Virus record (IMG/VR): IMGVR_UViG_3300008259_000017
Span: 1-64,000 of that record
Length of the DNA stretch: 64,000 bases
Direction: 5' to 3' (one strand)
DNA from: a virus
Shown: positions 37,101 through 47,500 of the stretch, piece by piece
Position numbering within the stretch: the stretch's first letter is position 1
Layout: each line of letters begins with the position of its first letter
Notes under the pieces: generated by a model
Told to the model about the DNA's origin: nothing
Databases searched by the model: none
What the model saw: only the letters and a program-made list of their open reading frames with translations
Made by a program: the position numbers and the translations under genes

Positions 37101-39148
37101 TGGGAAGATTTCCAGACGAATCTTTGATTCCATCATTAAAATTCTCCTCTGTAACAACAAAGATTTATGAAGATTCAGACTCAAAAATGTCATTAACAAA
37201 TTCTTTGCAATTTTTTGGTGTATCAATGAGAGGGGAAAATGATGGGGCAAAGATAAGAAAATCAACTTATGAAGATAAGGGTTCTGAAACTGCAAGTGGA
37301 AAAAAATCAGTATTAAATAGTATTAAAAAAAATCTTTATCTAAGTGCAACTTATTTAGAAGATTTCAAGTCAATAAATGCAGATACGGATACAATACTTG
37401 GCAGTATTGAGTCTATAAATTTGGCTCAAAATAATCTAACTGAAGATATACAAAATGCAGCACTTGGATCTGGATCTCCTGTTGCAGCAAGCTTTGCAAC
37501 TTCAGAGAATCTAAATAATATAAGAAATCAATTTAAGAAGTTATCAGGAAGAGATGCTGGATCAGGATTATCATCAAATGATTCATTTAATGATAATGAT
37601 TTTGTATTTAAAATATCAGAAGGAAAAGCAAATGATAGCTATGGAGACATCTCTGTAAAAGTAGACTCACTATTGTCAGAATTAAATAAGGCAATATCAG
37701 GAAGAGATTCATTTGTAAGATTGCTAAAATCAAACAAAGAAAGGCAGCAGGAGTTAGAGGGAGTTATAGGGGTTATAGATGAGGAGGGTATAAATGCGCA
37801 AGATCAGACCACTTTTGTTGGTACATCTACAACTGCAAATATACTAGGAAGAGTTCAGCAAACATTAGAAAGAACATCAGATGCAATTCAAACTGTTTTG
37901 GATGTAATAACTGGAGATTCATATAAATCAAGCCCATTTGATAATTTAATAGAGGATGACTTTGTTAATGATCTTGGATATGGATCTGGTAAAAGATACA
38001 TAATACATGATGAAGATATTATAGATGCAACATTTACTGAGAAACCACCTGATTTCACAAGAGTTGATATAATTGGTGATACACCACTTGGATTGACTTC
38101 TGAAATTCAAAGTCAGACAGATGGAACTCTTCTTTGGGCAGGGGCAACAGACTTTGATTTGTGGAGACAATACGGGTATAAGGCAAAGCCTATGAATATA
38201 CCATTCATAACAGACTCAGAAACAATGGGCAAGCCATATGCAATACTTGAGCTTATACTGCAAAGCGCAGAGGTTAATTCAGCCTCAATAACAGTGGTTG
38301 GAAATGAATTTTATCAACCAGGAGATACGGTATATGTACCTTCCAAGAATCTTATATATTATGTAGCAGGAGTATCTCATTCATTTACATATGGTCAGCA
38401 GTTCTCTACTCGTTTAGATTTAAAGATGGGCAGACCTCCAGGCGTATATATACCTAATCCAATGGATATTCTAGGACAAAGTGTTCTTGGGTCTTTAGAT
38501 ACTCCGTCATTAATATATAGATCAAGTCAATCAGATGATAATTATAGACCATTAAATCCAGAGTCAAGTATTAAAATTCCGCAGTGCATTTACGATGGCT
38601 CTTGCGGCCAAAATGAAATGGTTAAATTATTATCTTATCAGGAGAATAATTCAAGATTTACATCTATGATGTCTCATTTAAGTACAGGAGTTTTGACAAA
38701 CAATTACTTCTTGCTTTTAAGAGCCTTTGTTAGATCGTCCGAAGATAATTCTGCAATAAGTATGGCAAACAAGTCTCTTGAAAAGATAGCCAGTCTATTT
38801 CAAAATCCAATTCAATATAGGGAAAATGGTTTAAGTGGCGAAGCTCAAAAGATGACCTTGCCAAATATGAGACCGGTAATTCCAATTAATGCAGATAAAA
38901 TAATTAGACAAATAAGCTTTATAAAGAAGGGAGAAGATTCTTCGAATAATCAAATACAATGTCTTGATATAAAGCTACTTGGAGCTATAGAAAATTTTTC
39001 ACATGAATATGATAATCTATTTCCAAAAGATGGTCCAAGGCAAACTACATGGCTGTCAATAAGAGATGACTTTAGAGGTCAGTTAAGTGCAAATGGCTTA
39101 TTAGATGTAATTGAAGTTGGTATAATATACATTCCGGATATAGAATAA
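34109..39148 (+). CDS. Baseplate hub protein (gp27-like) with large insertions
   Basis: YAGYVTGV...ISVSCSDNMGWL, MEFFCNSQGHIELRPP, YII.DEDII, ASITVVGN..YQPGD.V...YYVAGVSHSF....FSTRLDL. Confidence 0.75.
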   Translation: MNNQLLLKISKTLQKTRKDISGGTKFVMPEEKYIETGFQTYLDEGLLNTTSPNTRKVTSLSPEATILVKKKAFSSLVSNNDIRFFDKTERMLMRASKALFAYKVQQIRAYESLTKFETYYTKTGTYSMNLLASMLRQSSFLAKDVESFQTLFQKKLKFNTAEDYANEMLKEWLLKPSDLSVDESISVIASDIKVKNGILKKEVITPTTNQQYLNQLPSTQAKYILDKKWEEFRAQFSSEITKDVISIDNYIESLSTNEKWKEGIKNEYANMQLIDIIEVIKRAAYSNDSNLTTWIVDADSLDNYLTGPGTGVIEICSFTNFSTSCTKDPSPASASFSLEYPYGISFISEDDIEIAIEEALKGTLGIFADLVTNGFKSSTNGITKPGVDGLSFLGASALLNGYDLIDSTVDSNYIRKSLRTFYLGKPIVNASDVCHFYIRGNRFKQSFGSSSNNLSTDQSEYSISDSVFKAEYELYTTKSLSYDDYKRLRQEQDNSLGMIHVYAGYVTGVTETYGGGFRTISVSCSDNMGWLSWSNVPKQPAIADVTNILEDPLTPYKLVTDDMYSLDYEKITLLDENKQLLSEGFLSYSNGLLAGKNSTIDNLYQGQYRGIGSLDGSKIMQHADGFVYRWKTGIMTATAGFQTTGSRSTKELQQFTQYYSISSVKNPVNNLDIANIISVLITGEPYNILSFLEKTGSTGVKSDRFSTTLNSQDPLTGYLESIKKQNKIYGNFKPYRLFTQNSYTLNILRLQGKKQELNNDVKKLLDRKNKLNDQIIKLKNTIKSSNSPIILTIQSEIKSIDIAIDSKIGEATEAANTLNSAQLTSQGLMVSALFGNGDAIPFYLGSTKEEHEETVRAISKVGATRRIEDVRLNRDNNLLIISDQYDTSDIRPFILGLNSSQFKKFDGEYESLDQLCREAAQYIHMEFFCNSQGHIELRPPQWNKTPLSLLRNLVRYKKLTGKNIIPDFIIKNFETREKSIYENIYYYNIRIVLISLLLGRFPDESLIPSLKFSSVTTKIYEDSDSKMSLTNSLQFFGVSMRGENDGAKIRKSTYEDKGSETASGKKSVLNSIKKNLYLSATYLEDFKSINADTDTILGSIESINLAQNNLTEDIQNAALGSGSPVAASFATSENLNNIRNQFKKLSGRDAGSGLSSNDSFNDNDFVFKISEGKANDSYGDISVKVDSLLSELNKAISGRDSFVRLLKSNKERQQELEGVIGVIDEEGINAQDQTTFVGTSTTANILGRVQQTLERTSDAIQTVLDVITGDSYKSSPFDNLIEDDFVNDLGYGSGKRYIIHDEDIIDATFTEKPPDFTRVDIIGDTPLGLTSEIQSQTDGTLLWAGATDFDLWRQYGYKAKPMNIPFITDSETMGKPYAILELILQSAEVNSASITVVGNEFYQPGDTVYVPSKNLIYYVAGVSHSFTYGQQFSTRLDLKMGRPPGVYIPNPMDILGQSVLGSLDTPSLIYRSSQSDDNYRPLNPESSIKIPQCIYDGSCGQNEMVKLLSYQENNSRFTSMMSHLSTGVLTNNYFLLLRAFVRSSEDNSAISMANKSLEKIASLFQNPIQYRENGLSGEAQKMTLPNMRPVIPINADKIIRQISFIKKGEDSSNNQIQCLDIKLLGAIENFSHEYDNLFPKDGPRQTTWLSIRDDFRGQLSANGLLDVIEVGIIYIPDIE

Positions 39149-41589
39149 TGTCATCAATAAATAATTTAATAAATAAAATAAAATATGATATAGAAGAGAC
39201 AATGGTTACAACCATTCCATCTGAAGCTATTGTTAAGAATGTAGCTAAAGATGGAAGAATTGTTTTTAAACATATTTCATCACCAAGTGAAATGATTGAT
39301 ACTGAGCTAGGCTCTTTAACTGGTGGATCACATGGCTTATTCTATAAACCATTAGAAGGTTCAAAAATATTACTTACAAGAGTTTATCCGGGTAGTACAA
39401 ACCATACTCAGGTATTGCGAGTTATAAATAATCCAGCTAGACTTCAGCATGATAGCTATGAAAATCCATTACCAGATACTGATCCAGGTTATATCCATGA
39501 TGGAAACTTTGAAATAGAACCTGGCGATGTAATGATTAGATCTATTGTAAACGGAAAGGTTAAGCTTACTAAGATTGGTAATGATGGAGAGCTCATTGAG
39601 ATTATAGATTCTAATAATTCCGGATTTTATATCTCTACTGGATTTTCAGAAACAAAAATATCAGAAGTCTCTGATTACAAGCAAGAGGTCAACTCATCAG
39701 GAAGAAAGGTAGCTGGAAAGATAAATAATATAAAAAAGAATGTTTTAAATCAAGAATTAAATCATGAATACTTTGTTGATAAAGATGTAATTTTTGATTT
39801 TGACAAAACACTAGGGATTTATGGCCCAACAGCTAGAGATTTTTATAGTCAAAATGAAGCAAGAAATCCAGCATTAACAGTTCAAAAACTTGTAGTAAAT
39901 CAGATAAACGAAGGAGCAAGATTTATAGGCTTTGATAAAGAGCTGGAGCTTATAAATAGCAAGCTTATAGATAAATCTTACTCTAGTATAGAATTAGCAA
40001 GATATTTAAATGCAAGAAAAGATGATAATTTATTTTTTATGACACCAGATCAAATAATCCAAGTTATAGCTGGTACTGCAGCGGTTGATGACTTTGATTC
40101 CATAAATATAAATTATAATAAAACAGAAATAAAAGATTTTAAAAATCATAGAGATTACTTTTTAGTAAAAAATACTCAAAATAATATTTTCAATAAAATA
40201 AAATCATCATTCAAAAGAGGCATAGGATATCACTTTCAGCTAAATACTCATAATTCAATTTTAGATGATTTTTCTTCACTAAACAATACAAGATTTATTT
40301 TAGATAAGGAAGGAGTTTTAAAAGTTAACATACCAAAGTCTTCAAAAACTGGAAATATACTATATGTAGATCAAACTTATTTTATGAAAGGGCAAGGACA
40401 AACAAGCCCTTCTATATCCCCTGGATTTGCTAATCAGACAAGAACTGAGCAAATACCAGTAACATTAAGAGATTCCGATGGCAAGGTTGTATTTCCAAAG
40501 AGAACTCAGCAGGAGGCAACTTCTAGAAGATTAACAGTTACAAGGCAAACTGGAATTGAATTTTTAAACTCAAATGGTTATTTTGGAGATCAAGGGTCTG
40601 ATTTAAACAGAGTAAGGGTGAATACAACAAGATGGCATAATATGCCAGCAGCATGTGAGCTTCTAACTGCAAACTATATAGAAGATGTTTCAATACCAAC
40701 AGTAACATCATCAGAGATAGCCCCGCATCTTTTGATAGGAAATATGTATGAAAAGACATTTGAGAGGTATGGGCAGTCTTTCAAGTCAAGCGTTACAAGG
40801 CCTGGAAACCCAGCATTCCACTCTGATATTATGGCAACAGTAAGGGTTGCTCCAACTCCTCCAGTTATAAATCCAGGTGGATTGCAGTATATTTCCGGAG
40901 ACAAATATGGAAATGATATACCGTATACAAATGATGATCAAGGACTAAATGAATCAACAAAAACCTATAGCGGAGTAAGTGCAAATATAAATTTTGAAGG
41001 ATCTTTAGAGGCATCTGTAGGCGCAGATGATGCAGATGGAAAAAGCATAACTCTTGATACGCAGGGTTCAGCAGTTGCTTGGTTTGGAAAGGATAAGCAA
41101 GGCAGAAGCGTAGCAATGCAAACAGATGGAAGTGTCATGGTTAATATTGGTGGTCATGATTCCTCTGGAAAATTTAACATCGGAAGACTTGATCTAAGAG
41201 TAAACCTTACAGATAAAGGTATTCTAAGTGAGAATGAAACGCAAAAACCAACTAACTATAAAGATGGTGATTCTGACTTCCTGATTTCTATCAGCGAAAA
41301 GGGTATTATAATTTCAGGAATGAAAAAAGAAGTTCCTATGATTATAAATAACTCTGGAAAGATATGTTTGCAGTCACCTTCTGGTATTGATTTAAATGGT
41401 GGAGCAGGAGGTGTAACAATTACTGAAAAGCAATTGGCACCAAGACCTACATATATGAGCCCAGAGTCAAAGAACACGGATTCTACTCAAAACCCTGGCG
41501 AGCTATCAGATATTGAGACAATCCAAAAAATGTTAACAGAACTCGCTGCAGAAATAGAATCATTAAAGAGTGGAAAACAAGAATACTAG
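39148..41589 (+). CDS. Central spike-like protein (gp5/gpV type)
   Basis: Follows the hub; N-terminal GLFYKPLEGSKILL and EPGDVMIRS OB-fold-type motifs; C-terminal beta repeats (FEGSLEASVG, TQGSAVAWFG, TDGSVMVNIG). Confidence 0.6.
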   Translation: MSSINNLINKIKYDIEETMVTTIPSEAIVKNVAKDGRIVFKHISSPSEMIDTELGSLTGGSHGLFYKPLEGSKILLTRVYPGSTNHTQVLRVINNPARLQHDSYENPLPDTDPGYIHDGNFEIEPGDVMIRSIVNGKVKLTKIGNDGELIEIIDSNNSGFYISTGFSETKISEVSDYKQEVNSSGRKVAGKINNIKKNVLNQELNHEYFVDKDVIFDFDKTLGIYGPTARDFYSQNEARNPALTVQKLVVNQINEGARFIGFDKELELINSKLIDKSYSSIELARYLNARKDDNLFFMTPDQIIQVIAGTAAVDDFDSININYNKTEIKDFKNHRDYFLVKNTQNNIFNKIKSSFKRGIGYHFQLNTHNSILDDFSSLNNTRFILDKEGVLKVNIPKSSKTGNILYVDQTYFMKGQGQTSPSISPGFANQTRTEQIPVTLRDSDGKVVFPKRTQQEATSRRLTVTRQTGIEFLNSNGYFGDQGSDLNRVRVNTTRWHNMPAACELLTANYIEDVSIPTVTSSEIAPHLLIGNMYEKTFERYGQSFKSSVTRPGNPAFHSDIMATVRVAPTPPVINPGGLQYISGDKYGNDIPYTNDDQGLNESTKTYSGVSANINFEGSLEASVGADDADGKSITLDTQGSAVAWFGKDKQGRSVAMQTDGSVMVNIGGHDSSGKFNIGRLDLRVNLTDKGILSENETQKPTNYKDGDSDFLISISEKGIIISGMKKEVPMIINNSGKICLQSPSGIDLNGGAGGVTITEKQLAPRPTYMSPESKNTDSTQNPGELSDIETIQKMLTELAAEIESLKSGKQEY

Positions 41590-41597
41590 AGGTTTAA

Positions 41598-44500
41598 ATG
41601 TCATCAATATTATCAGTTGTAGCTGGAGCAATAAATAAGCAAGAAGTAAATGTATCAATAGATATAAATTGTAATCCAGTAGATCCAGCAACTGTTGGAG
41701 CAGATTTATTTGGAAATCCAATATATGAAGTAATATCTCCAATAAACACTGAAAACTTAGTACCACTAAATGGCGGCTCAGTACTAAAGGTATATGGAAA
41801 TCCAGGATTTACAATTGGAATAGATGGCAGCGGAAGTCAGACAAGCTCTTATGCTTCCAAAATAAGAGCAATAAAGTCGATCATATCATCAGAGCTAGAA
41901 CAAAGTTCATTAAAAGAAAGAGCTTTTGATGGATATAAATCAATGTCCTGGATTAGAACTAGGATAAATAAATGTCTAGCCTCAATATCAAATTATATAT
42001 CTAGCGTTCCTTACGATAAAAGTATTTATCAAGAAGATAAGGTTCCAGAATTTATATTAAGCAGAAGGTATTTTACAGCTGCAAATGACATAAAAACAAC
42101 TACAGATAGCTATAAAAATTATTTAAGTGGACTAGGAAAGAGAGATGAAGAGCTAAATCCATTTGGATATTTTTGCTTTATACCATTTGAAGCCATTCTT
42201 TATATATTTGAACTTTTATCAAATATTTCACCAGATGGATTAACTGGAACTGGATTATTTTCTGCAAATGCATTATCTCCAGACTCAGAAAGAATAACCT
42301 TCAAGAGCATATATGATGCGCTGCTAGATGTAAGTGTAAATGGAGTTAGCTGGTCAAATAAGACTAGTGCTGTATTAGCTAGTGCTGTACTAGAGCTATT
42401 CTCCGTAATAAGATTTGACGAAAACTCTTATTACACAGATGCATCAGATAAAAATAAATTAGCCGGATATTATACATTTTTAAATGGTACTTTTTATTTA
42501 AAAACTCCAAATTTAAGCGGAAAGGATTCAAGGGAATCTTATAGTGACTTTATTTACATTGATAATGATGGATCATTAGAGCTGCTGCAATTTGTATTAG
42601 AAATTCTACTTCCAGAAGATTCATTAAGCAAGTCTTTGCCAATCTTATACAGTCAGCTACCAAATTTGTCTATTATAAATGTAACAATAGACTATACAGA
42701 TGGAGCTAGTGAGCAAGCGAATAGAAACATTACTTTAGAAAAAATGAATAAGAAAGCTTATGGGGAGCTTAAGGATTATTCATTTAAGTTATCGCCTATT
42801 ATAAAATCATCATTAAGAAATAATAATATATTAAATACTATAAGTAAGTTTAATCAGAGCTGTAGCGGATTAGCTATAAATAAAGATCAAGCAATTGAAG
42901 CTTTTCCAATTCCAGTTGATATAAACTTTAAATATTTTAATCAAGTAAAAGACTATAATCAAAAAGCAGAAGATCTTTTTAAATTATATAATTCAGTACC
43001 TTTGCATCTTGATGTTTCAAAATCAATAACCAGAGTAGATTCTCTTGATTCCTATTTGTCTGCAATAAATAGACCAGAATTAATCTTGTCAGATAGAGAC
43101 TCAGAGATTACTACTAATCAATTAGAGAAGAATGATTTAGCATTATTTTCTACAAGTAATCAATACTCAAGGATAGCGCTGTCTGGGTCTAAGCCAGAGT
43201 ATTTATTTAAATTTGAAAAAGGTCTAGAATTACCTCCAGTTCCAAATATAGATAGTCAAAATGCTTACCCTTTACACTGGCTAAGTCTAAATCAATCAGA
43301 AGGAGAGAATGAATTTAGTCTGAGCTTATCACAAGATTCAGTAGCTAAGTTGAATTCTATTTACTCAATTGAAAAAGAAACTGGAAATGGAATTATAAAC
43401 CTATTAGATGTTGAATTTGCACTATATATTATTCACAATGCAACTGGCCAATTCTTAAGATTGCCTGGTCCAAATATATTAATAAACGTAGCAGAGTCTT
43501 CTATAACTCAGATAATACCGGACGGATTTTATGGTGGTAAACCAATAACTCCATCTGACAATCTTTCCTTCAAGATAGTAGGAGAGAATTTAGAAAACGC
43601 ACAAGGCGTTTATATAGCTCTGGAAACAGAAGATAGGCTAATAATAGGTTCAAACGAACCAGGCTTTATAGCTACAAATAATCAGATATCTGTATTTTCT
43701 ACAAAATTATGGTCCGAGGTTCTTTCGCTTATTGGAAAGTTTAAAGTATTTGTAAAAACAATAAAAACTGCAAATAAAAAAACCAATACAAAAGAAATAA
43801 ATATAAGTGCTGATGGCACATCAGCGCAAAACCTAGAAAGAAATATAAATACAAAGTTATTTTTTACATCATTAAATTCAATTTATTCTTCAGTAGAAGG
43901 TAAGCCTAAAAAACTAGCCAATAATGTTATTAATAATAAATCACCAGATTCAATACCTCTAGCTCTAGATGGAACTAGCGTATCACTATCTTTAAAATCA
44001 AAAGATACATATGTTTTTTCTGAATCATCAAGGGGAGGTTTATATTGCTATCTTGCTGTAAAAGATGAGGATATAGCAAACTCTGTAGGCTTAAAAAGTG
44101 ATGTAGCAAAAGTAACAGTTGCTGGTGAAAATTACTACTTTAATAAAAAACTAGAATGGGCATATGGATCTGAATATTTTAAAAAATCAAAAATAGGAAA
44201 TCTTGTAGAACTTTCTATTCCAGGTCCGGCAAAAAATACTCCATTAAATTTATCAAAATTTATAGAAACTACTGGTGCTCATAAGTCGTATCTTATATTT
44301 ACAAATTCAAAAATAACTAGCAATACCGAATTTGATATAACATCCTCCACAAGTGAATTTCCAGTATCAATATTGCAGCTAGGAAAAGATCAATTAGATA
44401 AGCCAGCATTTATAACTCCTCCATATATATTGGGCTTATTTGCAGATATTGATAAGGAGTCTGGTGGTGCGGCAGATTTTAATATAAGCGAAGCTTATAA

Positions 44501-47500
44501 TGCACAGGAAGGTTTATTTTTAAAAATTAAAAACGCAATACCATCTGGAATGTTATCAAGTGATGTTATTGTTAAAATAAATGGATCAGAGTCAATATCT
44601 GCAAAAGACAATATTAAATATTTAATGGTCTTGTTTAAATCTCCAAATAGAAAGTCAAATATATTATCAAAGTACCATAATTTTTATATAGAGAGTTTAA
44701 AGATAAATAAGTTTAGATTTAGAAAAGTAAAATATCTAGAAAAAAATATTGCAGTAGCTATATTTAAAAATATAAATAATTTGCCAAAGATAGGTTATTC
44801 TGAAGTTAAAATATTAAGACAGAACCTAGAACACTTTGGCACAACTTCATCCGACCTTTATACCAAGGTATCAAAGAGAATAAATACTGTACAGCCTGAT
44901 GGTAATGATATAATTTTAAACACCGATGTGCGTAGTCTTGATTCTTACAATGTACTCAATGGGAAGCTTATACCAGAAAATTGTATAGTCCCAATAAATA
45001 CAAACTCCGTATATTCTGGAATCCTGCAATACTTTGGGTATTTGACGCCTGCCGCATTAGCTCCAAGATGGTCAGCAAATGAGGGCTTGGAGGATATATC
45101 AAGAGATCCACCTCCTTATATAAGATTTTCTAATCCAGTTATAATAAAAACAAACATAGATCTCTTTGTAGGTGACGAATCATCTAATCCTTATGGTGCA
45201 GTGCTATCAGATCAGAAGGTTGAGGACGGTGCTACAAAAGAGGACTATGTAAAGCTTTCATCTGAAAAAATTTATCCAATTGTAAGCAGAGAGTATGCTG
45301 AATCAAAAGCTGCTTTGCAAAAAAAGGAATCAGAGCAAAAGTTAAACAATATAACATCATCAAATGAAAAAATTAAAGATAGCGATACAGCGACCGAGGA
45401 AGATAAGGCTGCCGCAGAAAGTTCATCTTTAATAGTCACTGATATAGCAGGGCTTCAAGGTGAGCTAGATGCACTACTGGCAAATGTAAACTCAGCTACT
45501 GCTGAGATAATGGCTAAGATAGAGCAGATAAATGAATTGCTAAGGAAGGCTTCGGCAATTGCTGATAAGCTATCGAGTGGTGTGTTTGCAGCCTTAGACT
45601 CAATAGAGGAAATGATAGGAAATACAAGTAGGCCAGAAGATGTATCTGCTATATCACAGTATAGGTGCTTGATACCAGATACTATTGCAAAAAACTCTTC
45701 TTACTCAAGCTATGATGGTTCTGAGTTTTTTATAACTATAACAACACATATTGCAAAAGCACACTCAATTAAGCAAAGAATTCCAGAAATTTTAAAAATA
45801 TCTATAGATGGCAAAGAATACAATTCCGATAACTATAAAGATATAACAATTGGATCAAATCCAATTGTTATAAATATATATGTAAAAGATGGTGATAAAG
45901 ATTTAAAAATAGAGCTATCTAAGTTTAGAGTTTCATCTACATTTAAAGAAAAAACATCGGATGGAATATTTATTTACACAGCTACAATAAATCCAAGCGA
46001 TAGAATTCAGTTATTTGAGACAAATGATTGTATAAAACTATCAGTTAGTACGACCAACAAAGATCGCTTGAATATAAACAGAACTATATCTCCAGAATTC
46101 GGACAAGATATTGATAGAGCGATGGATAGGGCAAAGGGTGGTATAGATAAGTTTAAGAAAAAATCAAAAAAGAAAATTGATGATAAAATTAAGCAAGCAA
46201 AGCTAAAGGTAGGTCCATGGATAACTGACGCTTCTCTTGCTGCGCAAGATGTAATAAGAAGCTTTTGCGACTTCTCATTTCATTTAACGGCAGAAATTGC
46301 ATTCCAGTTAAAAGCACTGAGAATTATTTATGTTCCTATAAAAGTTATCTTCTGTATAATTGATGTTTTATGTGCCTTAACAAATCCTGTCAAATTGGCT
46401 TTGGCAATCATAAGATTGTTTGTATGTTTGTTTGATCTACTATTACTATTGCCACAGCTTGCACTTCCTGTTTTATTCCTAACTCTTTTGATCCACATAT
46501 TGGAACTATTACTCTGTGTAATCCAGAAGATTATAACAATGGTGGTTGCAACAAATGAGATAATAGATGCTTTGGAAAGAGCTGTAAAAGAAAGATCATT
46601 TGAAGCTATAAAAAACCTAGAAATAGCTTTAGAAGAGCATTTAATAACAATCGAAGCAGACTTACAAGTAATGGAGCCGATTCTTCAGATAATTGCATTA
46701 ATACAAGAGTTATTGCAGCTTGTATTTGCATTTCCATGTCAAGTAAATCAAGATCCCGACGACCCAGGTTGTATAGATCCTTCTATGCTGGCCGGATTGA
46801 TTGTAGGAAAGGTTGCTCCAAGTGGGCAGCTAGTTCCAGATGCAATGATTCCAATGGCACAGGCATATACAAACCTTTCATCTCAAAGAACTGGAACAGA
46901 AGGCAATACACCAGATTCTCCTGATCATGATCCAGAAGATGTAACTGATATAGATTATAATTCACCTCCAAAGAATGAGGCTGGAAATAAAATATCAAAC
47001 GTGCTATATAAAACTACTGAGGCAATTGATGCAAATAGTGATGTTATAGTATCCAACAACTCGTTATTTGCTGGTAATGCTCTCCCTGATTTGATAGACT
47101 CTCAGACTCAGCTTCCAAAGACTGTTCAACCTGGTGGCTATTTCTCTGGTGATTCAGATGGAGATGGAAAGATTGATAATATAAATTATGAGAAGTTGAG
47201 ATTTAAAAATGGAGATTTTAATGCAACATTTACAATGTCTTGCACAAAAGCTAAAAAGAAATTTAGCTTTGGACTTCCATTTCTAAATCCAAAAAATGAC
47301 CCAAGATTTGTTGAATTTAGATTTAATAACAGAGGCTTAACAAATAACTTTATATTTGGCAAATTTGCAAACTTCTTTGGAATCAAAGGCAAAGTAATTG
47401 ATGAGAACTTTCCATTGGATTCAAACCCAACATTCTTATCTGCAAATGGAAATGAGCTAAAAATCTTTTCACAGGCATCCTCTTCATTTAATTCAGACAA